Positions 1-10,430 of a stretch of DNA of 64,000 nucleotides are shown in pieces. The stretch is from Escherichia coli (GTDB lineage: Bacteria; Pseudomonadota; Gammaproteobacteria; Enterobacterales; Enterobacteriaceae). Every line of letters starts with the position of its first letter. The first letter of the stretch is position 1. The stretch lies in assembly GCF_044324875.1 (NCBI RefSeq), contig NZ_CP172185.1; one strand, 5' to 3'. Position numbers and translations under genes: made by a program. The notes below the pieces were generated by a model, which saw nothing but the letters and a program-made list of their open reading frames with translations, made no database searches and had not been told where the DNA came from.

Positions 1-1483
1 TAATCCACCTTTCGGCGTGGACTGGAAAAAGATAGAAACCGACATCAACAACGAGCACAAACTCAAAGGTGCTGATGGTCGCTTTGGCCCCGGCCTGCCC
101 CGCGTCTCTGACGGTTCGTTGCTGTTTCTGCTGCACCTGATCAGCAAAATGCGCGATGCCAAAAGCGGTGGCGGGCGGATCGGCATCATTCTTAATGGTT
201 CCCCATTATTTACCGGCGGCGCGGGCAGCGGTGAAAGCGAGATCCGCCGCTACATTCTGGAAGCGGATTTGCTGGAAGGCATTATCGCCCTGCCCACCGA
301 CATGTTTTACAACACCGGTATCGCTACCTATGTTTGGGTGCTGTCCAACAAAAAAGCGCCAGAACGCAAAGGCAAAGTCCAGCTTATCGACGGCAGCAAC
401 CTGTGCGGCAAGATGCGTAAATCGCTGGGGTCAAAACGCAATATTCTCGGAGACGAGGATATTGGTTTAATCACCCGCACGTTTGGCGATTTCGAACCCG
501 TTGCCACCACTACGCTTGCGGCGTTAGGCCTGGAGAAAGCACCCGAACAAAAATCCAGCCGGGGACGCCAGCCCGCAACAACCAAAACCGAGGCGGCAAA
601 AACTTTTGCCAGCAAAGTCTTTCACAGCACCGAGTTTGGCTATCGTCGCATCACCGTTGAGCGCCCGTTACGCCTGTCGGCTCAGATAAGTGATGACGCC
701 ATTGCCACATTACGTTTTGCGCCGAAGCCGTTTAACGCTCCGATGGCGCAACTGTATGACGCCTTTGCTTTCCAGTGGCAGGACGGTCATTACGGCGACT
801 TAACAGCGGTAGAAAGTGAAGCCCGCGCCATTCTTAAAGCCGATTTTAGCGAGCTGAAAGAGAAGCAAATTAAAGATCTGCTCGACAGCAAATTATGGCT
901 GGCCCAGCGCGGGTTAATGGAAAAAGCGCGGCGTATTCAGGCGGCGATGGGTATGCAGGCGGGCGGCAAAGACACCGTTAGCAATGACTTTAATCAGTTC
1001 CAGTTGACGCTGAAAGAGGCGTTCAAAACCGCAGGCGTGAAGCTGGATGCGAAAGAGAACAAGCAGTTTATCGATGCTATCACCCGCAAAAACCCGGACG
1101 CCGAGCCGGTAGTCAGCAAGGTACTGAAAGAAGCGGCCCAACCGTTGTACGGCGCGTTTGAGTACCACGGAAAGGTTGTGGAGTTTGAGCCGGATGGCGA
1201 CCTGCGTGATAACGAGAATGTGCCGTTAAATCCGGCGGTATCTACCAGCGAGTTGATCGAGGGTTACTTCAAAGCAGAAGTATTGCCGCACGTCGCGGAT
1301 GCGTGGATTAACGCCGATAAGCGCGATGCGAAAGATGGGGATATCGGGATTGTGGGGTATGAAATTCCGTTTAATCGCCATTTTTATGTTTATCAACCGC
1401 CAAGGCCGCTGGAGGAGATTGATGCGGATCTGGATGCAGTAAGCGCTGAAATTATGAAACTGTTGCAGGAGGTACATTCCTGA
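1..1483 (+). CDS. hsdM: Type I restriction-modification N6-adenine DNA methyltransferase subunit (HsdM), 5' end truncated by window edge
   Basis: Reading frame is open from position 2; first codons encode NPPFG (gamma-class N6A-MTase motif IV). About 488 aa follow the motif, giving a long C-terminal extension compared with EcoKI-type HsdM. Stop TGA overlaps the ATG of the next gene by 1 nt. Confidence 0.85.
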   Translation, partial: NPPFGVDWKKIETDINNEHKLKGADGRFGPGLPRVSDGSLLFLLHLISKMRDAKSGGGRIGIILNGSPLFTGGAGSGESEIRRYILEADLLEGIIALPTDMFYNTGIATYVWVLSNKKAPERKGKVQLIDGSNLCGKMRKSLGSKRNILGDEDIGLITRTFGDFEPVATTTLAALGLEKAPEQKSSRGRQPATTKTEAAKTFASKVFHSTEFGYRRITVERPLRLSAQISDDAIATLRFAPKPFNAPMAQLYDAFAFQWQDGHYGDLTAVESEARAILKADFSELKEKQIKDLLDSKLWLAQRGLMEKARRIQAAMGMQAGGKDTVSNDFNQFQLTLKEAFKTAGVKLDAKENKQFIDAITRKNPDAEPVVSKVLKEAAQPLYGAFEYHGKVVEFEPDGDLRDNENVPLNPAVSTSELIEGYFKAEVLPHVADAWINADKRDAKDGDIGIVGYEIPFNRHFYVYQPPRPLEEIDADLDAVSAEIMKLLQEVHS

Positions 1484-2772
1484 TGGCAGGGTTAAATAAA
1501 TATCAGGCGTATCCGGAGTATAGGGATTCTGGGGTGGAGTGGATCGATGCAATCCCTTTTCATTGGGAAGTGCTACCAACATTTTCTCTATGTGAGGCAT
1601 CGACGAAGAAAAATATCGATGGAGCAGAAAACAATGTGCTCTCATTGAGTTATGGAAAAATTATTCCCAGAGATATAGAAACAAACTTCGGGCTTTTACC
1701 AGAGTCATTTAATACTTATCAAATCGTTGAAAATGGCGATATTATTTTAAGATTAACTGATCTACAAAATGATAAAAACAGTTTACGCGTAGGATTAGTC
1801 AAACAAAAAGGGATTATTACATCTGCATATTTAAAACTCAATTCACAAGGAAGTATGCTATCCGAATATTTATATCGCCTACTTCATTCATATGATACGA
1901 CTAAAGTTTTTTATGGCATGGGAGGAGGGCTGAGACAATCAATGAAATTTGAGGATTTCAGAAGATTGCCCTTACTGCTTCCATCGAAAAACGAACAGGG
2001 AAAAATAATTGATTTCCTCGACCACGAAACAGCAAAAATCGATAACCTGATCGAAAAACAACAACAACTTATTGAACTACTGAAAGAAAAACGTCAGGCA
2101 GTGATTAGCCATGCGGTGACCAAAGGGCTAAATCCTGATGTGCCGATGAAAGATTCTGGGGTTGAGTGGTTGGGTGAAGTTCCGAAACACTGGCACATAT
2201 GCAAGTTAAAATGGTTTGCTAATTTGAAAAGTGGTGATTTTATAACCAGCAATTCAATAGAACCAGAAGGAAACTATCCTGTTTATGGTGGAAATGGATT
2301 AAGAGGATATTATTCTCATTTTACACACAATGGTGAATATGTTCTTATTGGTAGACAAGGTGCTCTTTGCGGAAATATAAATTACGCAATTGGAAAATTT
2401 TGGGCTTCAGAACATGCTGTTGTTGTCACCCCAAACGAAAGAGCTGTTACAATATGGTTAGGAGAATTATTAAGAATAATGAACTTAAACCAATATTCAG
2501 TTTCTGCTGCACAACCGGGGCTTGCGGTTGAAAGAATTACTGATTTATATATTCCAATCCCACCATATCAAGAGCAAATAAATATCGGAACTTATATATC
2601 TAAATATATTTCTCTAGATAAAAAATTGATTGAGCATAGTACAGATAATATTGAACTCCTAAAAGAACGCCGCACCGCCCTTATCTCCGCCGCCGTCACC
2701 GGCAAAATCGACCTACGCAACTGGACCGCGCCCATCCCCGAAGCGGAAACACCCACGGAGGTCAGCGCATGA
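1483..2772 (+). CDS. hsdS: Type I R-M specificity subunit (HsdS), two target-recognition domains
   Basis: 429 aa; conserved central and C-terminal HsdS helices (KIDNLIEKQQQLIELLKEKRQAVISHAVTKG; RRTALISAAVTGKID); TRD motifs PVYGGNG...GALCGN; TRD-coding parts are AT-rich relative to the conserved parts; start overlaps hsdM stop, stop overlaps hsdR start (ATGA). Confidence 0.85.
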   Translation: MAGLNKYQAYPEYRDSGVEWIDAIPFHWEVLPTFSLCEASTKKNIDGAENNVLSLSYGKIIPRDIETNFGLLPESFNTYQIVENGDIILRLTDLQNDKNSLRVGLVKQKGIITSAYLKLNSQGSMLSEYLYRLLHSYDTTKVFYGMGGGLRQSMKFEDFRRLPLLLPSKNEQGKIIDFLDHETAKIDNLIEKQQQLIELLKEKRQAVISHAVTKGLNPDVPMKDSGVEWLGEVPKHWHICKLKWFANLKSGDFITSNSIEPEGNYPVYGGNGLRGYYSHFTHNGEYVLIGRQGALCGNINYAIGKFWASEHAVVVTPNERAVTIWLGELLRIMNLNQYSVSAAQPGLAVERITDLYIPIPPYQEQINIGTYISKYISLDKKLIEHSTDNIELLKERRTALISAAVTGKIDLRNWTAPIPEAETPTEVSA

Positions 2773-5700
2773 GCAACGACATAACAAAAGAGATCAACCT
2801 GCAAAACGACATCATCGCGCAGATGGCAGAAAAAGGCTGGATTGTCGGCAAAGGTGACGGCTACGACCGGGAACGAGCACTATACGCACAGGATACCTTA
2901 AACTTCGTACAAACCACCCAACCGCAAGAGTGGGAAAAATTCGCCCGCGTTTACCCCAACGACACCGAGCGCCATTTCCTCGACGCACTGGTCGCGCAGC
3001 TTAAAAAAGCCGACAGCAACGCCACCGATATTCAGTCGCGCACCAGGGGTACGCTCGGCGTACTTCGCCACGGCCTGAAAATCCGCAATGCCCGTTTTTC
3101 GCTGTGCCAGTTTAAACCGGAACATAATCTCAACCCGGAAACGCTGGCGCGCTATCAGCAGAATATCTGCCGCATTGTGCCGGAACTGATCTACAGCCCT
3201 TATGCCTCAAATAGCGTCTTTGCAGAAACGGGCGTGAAAGCCAAAAAATGGCGCATCGACCTGGTGCTGTTTATCAACGGCCTGCCAATTGCCACGCTGG
3301 AGCTGAAATCCGAATTCAAACAGGCGGTGCAGAACGCCATTGCGCAGTATAAAAAAACCCGCCTGCCGAAAGATCCCGCTACCAATAAGCCCGAACCGCT
3401 GCTGACCTTCAAGCGCGGGGCGCTGGTGCATTTTGCCGTCAGCCAGTATGACGTTTATATGACCACCAAACTCGTGGGTGACAGCACCTTCTTCCTGCCG
3501 TTTAACAAAGGCACCAAAGATGGTGGTGCAGGCAATGAGATCCCCGAAGATACCCACCGCTACGCCACCGATTATCTGTGGAATGAAGTACTGCTGCCGG
3601 ACAACTTATTAAAAATCCTCGCCAGTTTTGTCCATTTGCAGATTGAAGAAAAAGAGGAGTGGAACGGGCTGAAAGCGAAGAAAGAGAGCCTGATTTTCCC
3701 GCGCTATCACCAGTGGGATGTAGTCAACAAACTGCTGGAGGCCGCGACGGTCGAAGGCACCGGCCATAAATACCTGATCCAGCACAGCGCAGGTTCCGGA
3801 AAGTCGAACTCCATTGCCTGGACCGCCCACCAGCTTTCTCGTCTGTACGACGCAAACGGGGAAAAACAGTTTCATTCTGTTATCGTGGTGACGGACCGCA
3901 CAGTGCTGGACGACCAGCTTCAGGACGCCATCTGGCAGTTCGAGCACGCCGACGGCGTGGTCGGGCGCATCAATAATAGAGAGGGCGATGGCTCTAAATC
4001 GGAAAAGCTCGCCAACGCGCTGGAAAACTCGCAACCGATTATTATTGTCACCATCCAGACGTTCCCGTTCGTATTGAAAGCTATCGAAAACAGTGTCAGC
4101 CTGAAGCAGCGTAAATATGCGGTGATTGCCGACGAAGCACACTCCTCGCAGAGCGGTTCTACCGCCCGTCAGCTTAAAGAAGTGCTGATGAGCGAAGAGA
4201 TGGATGATGACGTGGTACTGTCGTCAGAAGATATTCTGGATGCGACCATCGCTGCACGGAAAGGCAGCAGTAACCTGAACTACTACGCCTTTACCGCCAC
4301 GCCAAAATCCAAAACCCTGGAACTCTTTGGTCGCTGTCCGCGTCCCGATGAGCCGGCCTCAAAAACCAATAAACCTGAGGCCTTCCACGTCTACTCCATG
4401 CGCCAGGCAATCGAAGAAGGCTTTATCCTCGACGTGCTGAAAAACTACACCAACTACAAAGTGGCGTATCAGTTGCTGCAAAAGCTGGAAGACAAGGACC
4501 GCGAAGTCGACAGCAAAAAGGCAAAGATAAAGCTCAACCAATGGGTGACACTGCACGACCACAACATCTCGCAGAAGGTGAAGGTGATTGTGGAGCACTT
4601 CCGCAAACATGTGATGCACCTGCTTGGCGGCCAGGCTAAAGCGATGGTGGTCACCAGTTCACGCAAAGCCGCTGTGCGCTACAAGCTGGCGTTTGATAAA
4701 TACATTAGCGAGAACAATTACCAGAAAATCAGCGCGATGGTGGCATTTTCCGGGGAAGTTGAATTCCAGGAAGGCGACCATAACAGCCTGGCATTGTTAA
4801 AGCAGAAATTTACTGAAATAAACATGAACCCCGGCCTGAAAGGGCGGGATATGCGCAAAGCCTTCGACAGCGATGATTATCAGGTGATGTTGGTCGCCAA
4901 TAAATTCCAGACCGGTTTTGACCAGCCAAAGCTGTGCGCGATGTACGTGGATAAACCCCTCGGTGGCGTCGAGTGCGTGCAGACACTCTCCCGCCTGAAC
5001 CGCACCTATCCGGGCAAAGCGGAATCGGGCACTTTTGTCCTCGATTTTTATAATGATCCGGACGAGATCCTCGGCGCATTCCAGCCCTATTTCCAGACGG
5101 CGGAACTGACCGATGTCAGCGATCCGCAGCAGGTATTCGATCTGTTTGAAAAACTGCGCGCCACGCAGATTTTTCAGTGGCATGAAGTCGAGCAGTTCTG
5201 CGAGGCGTACTTCATCAAAAATAAATCGAATGCGGCGATCAGTAATATCTGTAAACCGGCGGTCGAACGCTGGAAAAAGCGTTATCTGATGGCAATAGAC
5301 GCCTATTTGACCGCCAAAGAGATGTTCGAGCGCACTAAAAAAACGGGCGATACGGTGTTAATCACCAATGCGGAAAACAGTTTTAAAGCCTGTAAGCAGG
5401 AGAAAGATCGTCTGGAGATTTTCAAGAAAGATCTCGGCAGCTTTGTTCGCTTTTATGAGTTTATGTCGCAAATCGTTGAGTACGATGACAAGGATCTGGA
5501 AAAGCTAAGCCTGTTTGCCCGTCATCTGCGTCCGCTGCTGCATGAGCAACGTCTGGAAGAGGATGAAATTGATCTCAGTAATGTGGAGATGAGTCACTAT
5601 CGTTTATCGAAAATCCATGAGCAAGATTTACGCTTACAGGAAGAAACGTCTGACTATACGCTGGATGCAAGTAATGATATTGGTACGGCAAAAGCGAAAG

Positions 5701-6032
5701 ATAAAAAAGAGGAGTTTTTATCGCAGGTGCTTTCTCGGATGAATGAATTATTCATTAGCGACCATTTGACCGACAAAGATATGATCAGCAATGCTTTTGC
5801 GGTGTATAACAAAATAACTGAAAATGAAAATGTTATGACACAAATTAAAAACAATCCGCCAGAACAAGCGATTCTTGGTGATTTCCTCCAGGCAGTTGAT
5901 AATGCTGTAATGGACAGTAATGACGCTCGGCAAGAATTTATGTTGCAATATTTATCCGATCCAGTTCGGGCAAAGGGCTTTGCTTATCTGATGTTTGATA
6001 TGCTCACGGGGAAAATTGCTTTGCCAACATAA
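2769..6032 (+). CDS. hsdR: Type I R-M restriction subunit (HsdR), nuclease + SF2 helicase
   Basis: 1087 aa; N-terminal PD-(D/E)xK-like nuclease region (ATLELKSE), Walker A SAGSGKSN, DEAH box VIADEAHSSQ; ATGA overlap with hsdS. Confidence 0.9.
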   Translation: MSNDITKEINLQNDIIAQMAEKGWIVGKGDGYDRERALYAQDTLNFVQTTQPQEWEKFARVYPNDTERHFLDALVAQLKKADSNATDIQSRTRGTLGVLRHGLKIRNARFSLCQFKPEHNLNPETLARYQQNICRIVPELIYSPYASNSVFAETGVKAKKWRIDLVLFINGLPIATLELKSEFKQAVQNAIAQYKKTRLPKDPATNKPEPLLTFKRGALVHFAVSQYDVYMTTKLVGDSTFFLPFNKGTKDGGAGNEIPEDTHRYATDYLWNEVLLPDNLLKILASFVHLQIEEKEEWNGLKAKKESLIFPRYHQWDVVNKLLEAATVEGTGHKYLIQHSAGSGKSNSIAWTAHQLSRLYDANGEKQFHSVIVVTDRTVLDDQLQDAIWQFEHADGVVGRINNREGDGSKSEKLANALENSQPIIIVTIQTFPFVLKAIENSVSLKQRKYAVIADEAHSSQSGSTARQLKEVLMSEEMDDDVVLSSEDILDATIAARKGSSNLNYYAFTATPKSKTLELFGRCPRPDEPASKTNKPEAFHVYSMRQAIEEGFILDVLKNYTNYKVAYQLLQKLEDKDREVDSKKAKIKLNQWVTLHDHNISQKVKVIVEHFRKHVMHLLGGQAKAMVVTSSRKAAVRYKLAFDKYISENNYQKISAMVAFSGEVEFQEGDHNSLALLKQKFTEINMNPGLKGRDMRKAFDSDDYQVMLVANKFQTGFDQPKLCAMYVDKPLGGVECVQTLSRLNRTYPGKAESGTFVLDFYNDPDEILGAFQPYFQTAELTDVSDPQQVFDLFEKLRATQIFQWHEVEQFCEAYFIKNKSNAAISNICKPAVERWKKRYLMAIDAYLTAKEMFERTKKTGDTVLITNAENSFKACKQEKDRLEIFKKDLGSFVRFYEFMSQIVEYDDKDLEKLSLFARHLRPLLHEQRLEEDEIDLSNVEMSHYRLSKIHEQDLRLQEETSDYTLDASNDIGTAKAKDKKEEFLSQVLSRMNELFISDHLTDKDMISNAFAVYNKITENENVMTQIKNNPPEQAILGDFLQAVDNAVMDSNDARQEFMLQYLSDPVRAKGFAYLMFDMLTGKIALPT

Positions 6033-6044
6033 AACACGTTGATA

Positions 6045-6070
6045 GCCGGGGTCGCACTTTCTACCCCGGC
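6045..6070 (+). terminator. GC-rich hairpin downstream of hsdR (gccggggt-N10-accccggc)
   Basis: 8-bp perfect inverted repeat 13 nt after the hsdR stop; no strong T-run, so intrinsic-terminator function is uncertain. Confidence 0.35.
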
Positions 6071-6096
6071 CATATTGTTTACAATAAGGAATAGCT

Positions 6097-6810
6097 ATGC
6101 TGAAGATGATTAAAGATTTTAAATTCAAAAAATACATTAAAAAATTACGTGAAGAAGGTTTGTTTTTTTATGTTTCTTTCGGTTTTATATTTACATTGTT
6201 AATGGAAGTTGATAATCAATTACCATACTATCTTCAACAAGACTTCTTCTTTTATACACTTATAGGATTTATGCCAATCAATATATTCTTTGTTTTGATT
6301 TGCACAAATGTATTTTTCAATGCCGCCCACACACTTATTTCACCTTATAAAGGTCAAAGAGTTGGTGAGAAATTTCTCTCTGAACTTGATAAAAGAACGC
6401 AACAAATTGGCTTTATTATTTCATTTATATGTTTTGGCATGACATTGTTTTGTGCTCTGGCGTGGTTGCTGTTTTTTGAGATGAATAATGAAAGTTACTA
6501 CGCAAAATATACATTAGATTTTTTGGCTGTTTTTATCATTATGATTATGTTTTCTTCAGCAGTTAATCCAGTCATGAGAAGAATATTCCAAAAAATGAAG
6601 GGATCGGACTCACATGGAAATTCAAAAATAATTCTTATAATTATAATCATTGTGTTATTGCTATTATTGCCAATTGCGTACATTATCAATAAAAATAAAA
6701 CAATTGAAATCAATATTAAGAAAGAAACTTATCAGCAAATAAAAGAAAAAACAAAGATGAAACCAGAAGATTATATCAAAAAATTGATTGCTGATATTAA
6801 ATTCAACTAA
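6097..6810 (+). CDS. Hypothetical polytopic membrane protein, AT-rich (likely horizontally acquired)
   Basis: 237 aa ORF with AAGGA RBS 7-11 nt upstream of ATG; several long hydrophobic segments; lysine-rich termini; much lower GC than flanking genes. Confidence 0.55.
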   Translation: MLKMIKDFKFKKYIKKLREEGLFFYVSFGFIFTLLMEVDNQLPYYLQQDFFFYTLIGFMPINIFFVLICTNVFFNAAHTLISPYKGQRVGEKFLSELDKRTQQIGFIISFICFGMTLFCALAWLLFFEMNNESYYAKYTLDFLAVFIIMIMFSSAVNPVMRRIFQKMKGSDSHGNSKIILIIIIIVLLLLLPIAYIINKNKTIEINIKKETYQQIKEKTKMKPEDYIKKLIADIKFN

Positions 6811-6814
6811 TATC

Positions 6815-6848
6815 TATATGTACCCTGGTTTCTTCCTGGGTACATATA
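6815..6848. terminator. Hairpin between convergent genes (tatatgtaccc-N12-gggtacatata)
   Basis: 11-bp inverted repeat lying between the 3' ends of the membrane-protein ORF (+) and yjiS (-); possible bidirectional terminator. Confidence 0.35.
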
Positions 6849-6886
6849 AAAAGTTAATATCCTGATTTATTCTCAACATCCCCCCA

Positions 6887-7051
6887 TCACTCCACATCCT
6901 CCCTGCGTAACCCAATATCCCTCAACCGCTCATCACTCATCTGCTGTAACACCCGCCGGGCCTGCATTTGCCGCCGCCAACGCCTCACTGCCTGCCAGAG
7001 TTGCACAAGTCCAATAAACGGTGCTTTAGCTTTGTTTTCATGAAATTCCAT
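6887..7051 (-). CDS. yjiS: DUF1127 small protein (54 aa), not in supplied ORF track (<60 aa)
   Basis: Minus-strand translation MEFHENKAKAPFIGLVQLWQAVRRWRRQMQARRVLQQMSDERLRDIGLRREDVE; contains the DUF1127 hallmark LxxMSDxxLxDIGLxRxD; divergent from yjiR as in K-12. Confidence 0.7.
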   Translation of the reverse strand: MEFHENKAKAPFIGLVQLWQAVRRWRRQMQARRVLQQMSDERLRDIGLRREDVE

Positions 7052-7227
7052 CGACTGCCTCCTCATCTTTCAGAGGCTTCATCATCCGTCTTCTGGCAGT
7101 TCACAATACAGATGCAAATATTAGTTTTATTTAACATACAGACAGGTTAAAACAGCATCTGCATCCGGTTTTTTAGCCTCATCTGTACCGGTTTTTCTCT
7201 CTGTATGGTCCACATAAGGAATACAGC

Positions 7228-8640
7228 ATGACGCGTTATCAACATCTGGCGACTCTGCTTGCCGAGCGGATTGAGCAGGGGCTGTATCGTCACGGGGAGA
7301 AATTGCCGTCGGTGCGCAGCTTAAGTCAGGAGCACGGCGTCAGCATCAGCACCGTGCAGCAGGCGTATCAGACGCTGGAGACGATGAAGCTCATCACCCC
7401 ACAGCCGCGTTCGGGTTATTTTGTCGCACAACGTAAAGCCCAGCCGCCAGTGCCGCCGATGACGCGTCCGGTGCAGCGCCCGGTGGAAATTACCCAGTGG
7501 GATCAGGTGCTGGATATGCTGGAGGCGCATAGCGACAGTTCCATTGTTCCGTTAAGTAAAAGCACGCCGGATGTCGAAACGCCCAGCCTGAAACCGCTGT
7601 GGCGGGAGCTAAGCCGGGTGGTGCAGCATAATCTGCAAACCGTTCTCGGTTATGACTTGTTAGCCGGTCAGCGAGTGTTGCGAGAGCAGATTGCCCGCCT
7701 GATGCTCGACAGCGGCTCGGTGGTCACTGCCGATGACATCATCATCACCAGCGGCTGCCATAACTCGATGTCGCTGGCGTTAATGGCGGTGTGTAAACCG
7801 GGCGATATTGTCGCGGTCGAATCCCCCTGTTATTACGGTTCGATGCAGATGCTGCGTGGCATGGGCGTGAAAGTGATTGAAATCCCAACCGATCCAGAAA
7901 CAGGCATCAGCGTTGAAGCGCTGGAACTGGCGCTGGAACAGTGGCCGATTAAAGGCATCATTCTGGTGCCAAACTGTAATAATCCGCTGGGATTTATTAT
8001 GCCGGACGCGCGCAAACGGGCCGTTCTCTCTCTCGCTCAGCGTCATGATATTGTGATTTTTGAAGATGATGTCTACGGCGAACTGGCAACGGAGTATCCG
8101 CGCCCGCGGACCATTCATTCCTGGGATATCGACGGGCGAGTGCTGTTGTGCAGCTCATTCAGTAAAAGTATTGCACCTGGCCTGCGCGTGGGTTGGGTCG
8201 CACCGGGGCGTTATCACGATAAACTGATGCATATGAAATACGCCATCAGCAGCTTTAATGTACCGTCCACGCAAATGGCGGCGGCAACGTTTGTGCTGGA
8301 AGGTCACTATCATCGCCATATCCGGCGGATGCGGCAGATCTATCAGCGCAATTTGGCGCTTTATACCTGCTGGATACGGGAATATTTTCCCTGCGAAATC
8401 TGCATTACGCGCCCGAAAGGCGGATTTTTACTGTGGATCGAATTGCCTGAACAGGTCGATATGGTCTGCGTCGCACGGCAGCTATACCGCATGAAAATCC
8501 AGGTGGCGGCAGGCTCGATTTTCTCAGCTTCCGGCAAATACCGTAATTGTCTGCGCATCAACTGCGCTTTGCCGCTCAGCGAAACCTATCGCGAAGCACT
8601 GAAGCAAATTGGCGAAGCCGTGTATCGGGCAATGGAATGA
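7228..8640 (+). CDS. yjiR: MocR-family transcriptional regulator (GntR-type HTH fused to aminotransferase-like domain)
   Basis: 470 aa; N-terminal winged-HTH (LPSVRSLSQEHGVSISTVQQAY), C-terminal PLP-fold aminotransferase-like domain including SFSKSIAPGLRVGW. Confidence 0.9.
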   Translation: MTRYQHLATLLAERIEQGLYRHGEKLPSVRSLSQEHGVSISTVQQAYQTLETMKLITPQPRSGYFVAQRKAQPPVPPMTRPVQRPVEITQWDQVLDMLEAHSDSSIVPLSKSTPDVETPSLKPLWRELSRVVQHNLQTVLGYDLLAGQRVLREQIARLMLDSGSVVTADDIIITSGCHNSMSLALMAVCKPGDIVAVESPCYYGSMQMLRGMGVKVIEIPTDPETGISVEALELALEQWPIKGIILVPNCNNPLGFIMPDARKRAVLSLAQRHDIVIFEDDVYGELATEYPRPRTIHSWDIDGRVLLCSSFSKSIAPGLRVGWVAPGRYHDKLMHMKYAISSFNVPSTQMAAATFVLEGHYHRHIRRMRQIYQRNLALYTCWIREYFPCEICITRPKGGFLLWIELPEQVDMVCVARQLYRMKIQVAAGSIFSASGKYRNCLRINCALPLSETYREALKQIGEAVYRAME

Positions 8641-8757
8641 ATTCGAAATAGTGGCGAGCCCCCTGATTTCCTCTCACGAATAGCGTGTGACTTGTTTTAA
8701 CTTTGCAGGGTCATCTCCACGTTCCAGCATGGCTTAGGTAAAATGCGCTTCGTTCAT

Positions 8758-8857
8758 GCCGGATGCCATGTGAACGCCTTACCAGGTCTACAAAATTTTT
8801 AAAGTTCAATATATTTAATGGGTTATGTAGACCTGATAAGCGTAGCACATCAGGCAG
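8758..8857. repeat. REP/BIME-type palindromic units (two REP-like elements in opposite orientation)
   Basis: gccggatgccatgtgaacgccttaccaggtctac and gtagacctgataagcgtagcacatcaggca resemble the E. coli REP consensus. Confidence 0.55.
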
Positions 8858-8882
8858 TTTTGCGTTTGTCATCAGTCTCTGA

Positions 8883-9964
8883 TTAGTACTCGATCCATGG
8901 ATCGCGCTTGCTTTCAGGCAAGGGCTGATCTAATGCCTGCATTTGCTCTGCCGAAAGTCCGGTATATCGTTGTATCCATTCAGGATCCGCCCCATTCTGC
9001 AACAACAATCGGAGGAGGCTCCGTTCCCCTTCTACTTTCCCTTCTTTCCTCCCCCTCTCCCTTCCCAACAGCCATCCATCATTATGAATTCGCTCTGCAA
9101 TCGTCATTATTCGCTCCCTTTGTTGTGGCATTCGACTGGTTAGTTCGCTGATAAACTCTTTAAAACGCGCTTCATCGCCAGTCAGTAAAATGTAATTTAA
9201 CAGCGCAGTTATCTGGCTGTCATTAGTACACTCTGTAACCAGTAATACTACCAGTTGGTCGATAAGCCCCATCAGATCGCGCTGGCGAATATGCTTTTGG
9301 ATCAACTCCAACAGGGCGACTCTGCGGTGCTGCACAATCTCGTCGTCTGGCACGACAGTGATATCCACCAGCGGGAACGCGGCGGTATATACTCGTCATA
9401 CTTCAAGTTGCATGTGCTGCGACTGCGTTCATTCACCCCAGTCACTTACTTTTGTAAGCTCCTGGGGATTCACTCACTTGTCGCCTTCCTGCAACTTGAA
9501 TTATTTAGAGTATAAAGCTTCCGTGCGGTGGTCGGGTCAGCAAATTCGTCCAGCCAGCACAGGGACCAGGGGTAAGGACTACGGCTACCGTGATAAAACA
9601 GCATCGGGATGACCAGCGGTAGCGGCCGGCGTTTATCATGCTCGATATGGCGCTGCATCACCGCCATGGAATATCGCATCAGGCGAAAGGCCATATGGAT
9701 ATCCTCGCGGCTCTGATGTTCAATCACTACGTAAATATAACCATCACCTTCACGGGTCTTTACCGACCACAGAATATCAGAGTGTAGCGCCCGCAATTTT
9801 TCATCGACAAAGCTGGCGGATTCCAGTTTTAAGCTGTCGAGATCGCACAATTCACGTAAATCTATTGGTAAGTGGATCTCCATAAAATCCCGCGCGGTGT
9901 CAGGGTGGGTGAGAAAGGATTTAAATAATGCGTCATGCGGCGTACTGGTCGTGAAGTTTGTCAT
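8883..9964 (-). pseudogene. rpnD: Rpn-family (YhgA-like, PD-(D/E)xK) recombination-promoting nuclease gene split into two frames (yjiP + yjiQ fragments)
   Basis: N-terminal fragment 9470..9964 ([18 protein letters not shown]...) and C-terminal fragment 8883..9368 are in different frames separated by ~100 bp; same split arrangement as the K-12 yjiP/yjiQ pseudogene. Confidence 0.65.
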
Positions 9965-10430
9965 GGCGATCCGTCACCTGTTGATAAGATGGCCCGACTT
10001 TAGCGACTAACAAAACCATTCTCACCCGGCAATTTCCCGTTCCCCGAGGCGCTTTCCAGGCTATTTTTGTTCTTCTGCAAACGATACATTTTTCCGGAAA
10101 CAGGCTCGCGTTTTACATGTCCTGTACCCGGCAGATATTCCTCTTTCCACCGCGCTCTTTTGATTAACCGCAAATTTTAATTACACTTAAGGTGTATATT
10201 TTCTATGCAACCCATCAATTCAAGAGGTGTAATGTGCTGATGACTATTTGTAATCGTTATACATTCTGACCAGAACTCAGAAGGTATTTCTCTGTCTGTA
10301 TAAGCACAGGCAGTGTGGTTGATTACATGAAATTCAGTACATTTGTCCTTCTCGCCTGCCTTTCGTCATTACCGACGGTATTGAATTTCGTTTTCCCCAT
10401 TGGGGTTCTCCGGACAAGGAGTTGTTTGTT

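Noticed and set aside
6968-7150. 60-aa ORF on + strand between the membrane-protein gene and yjiR
   Set aside because: Overlaps the well-supported DUF1127 gene (yjiS) on the opposite strand; proline/serine-rich product without RBS.
8990-9100. Polypyrimidine-rich tract (ccttctactttcccttctttcctccccctctccc)
   Set aside because: Lies inside the C-terminal fragment of the rpnD pseudogene, where the minus strand encodes a Glu/Lys/Arg-rich segment; no independent structural signal.
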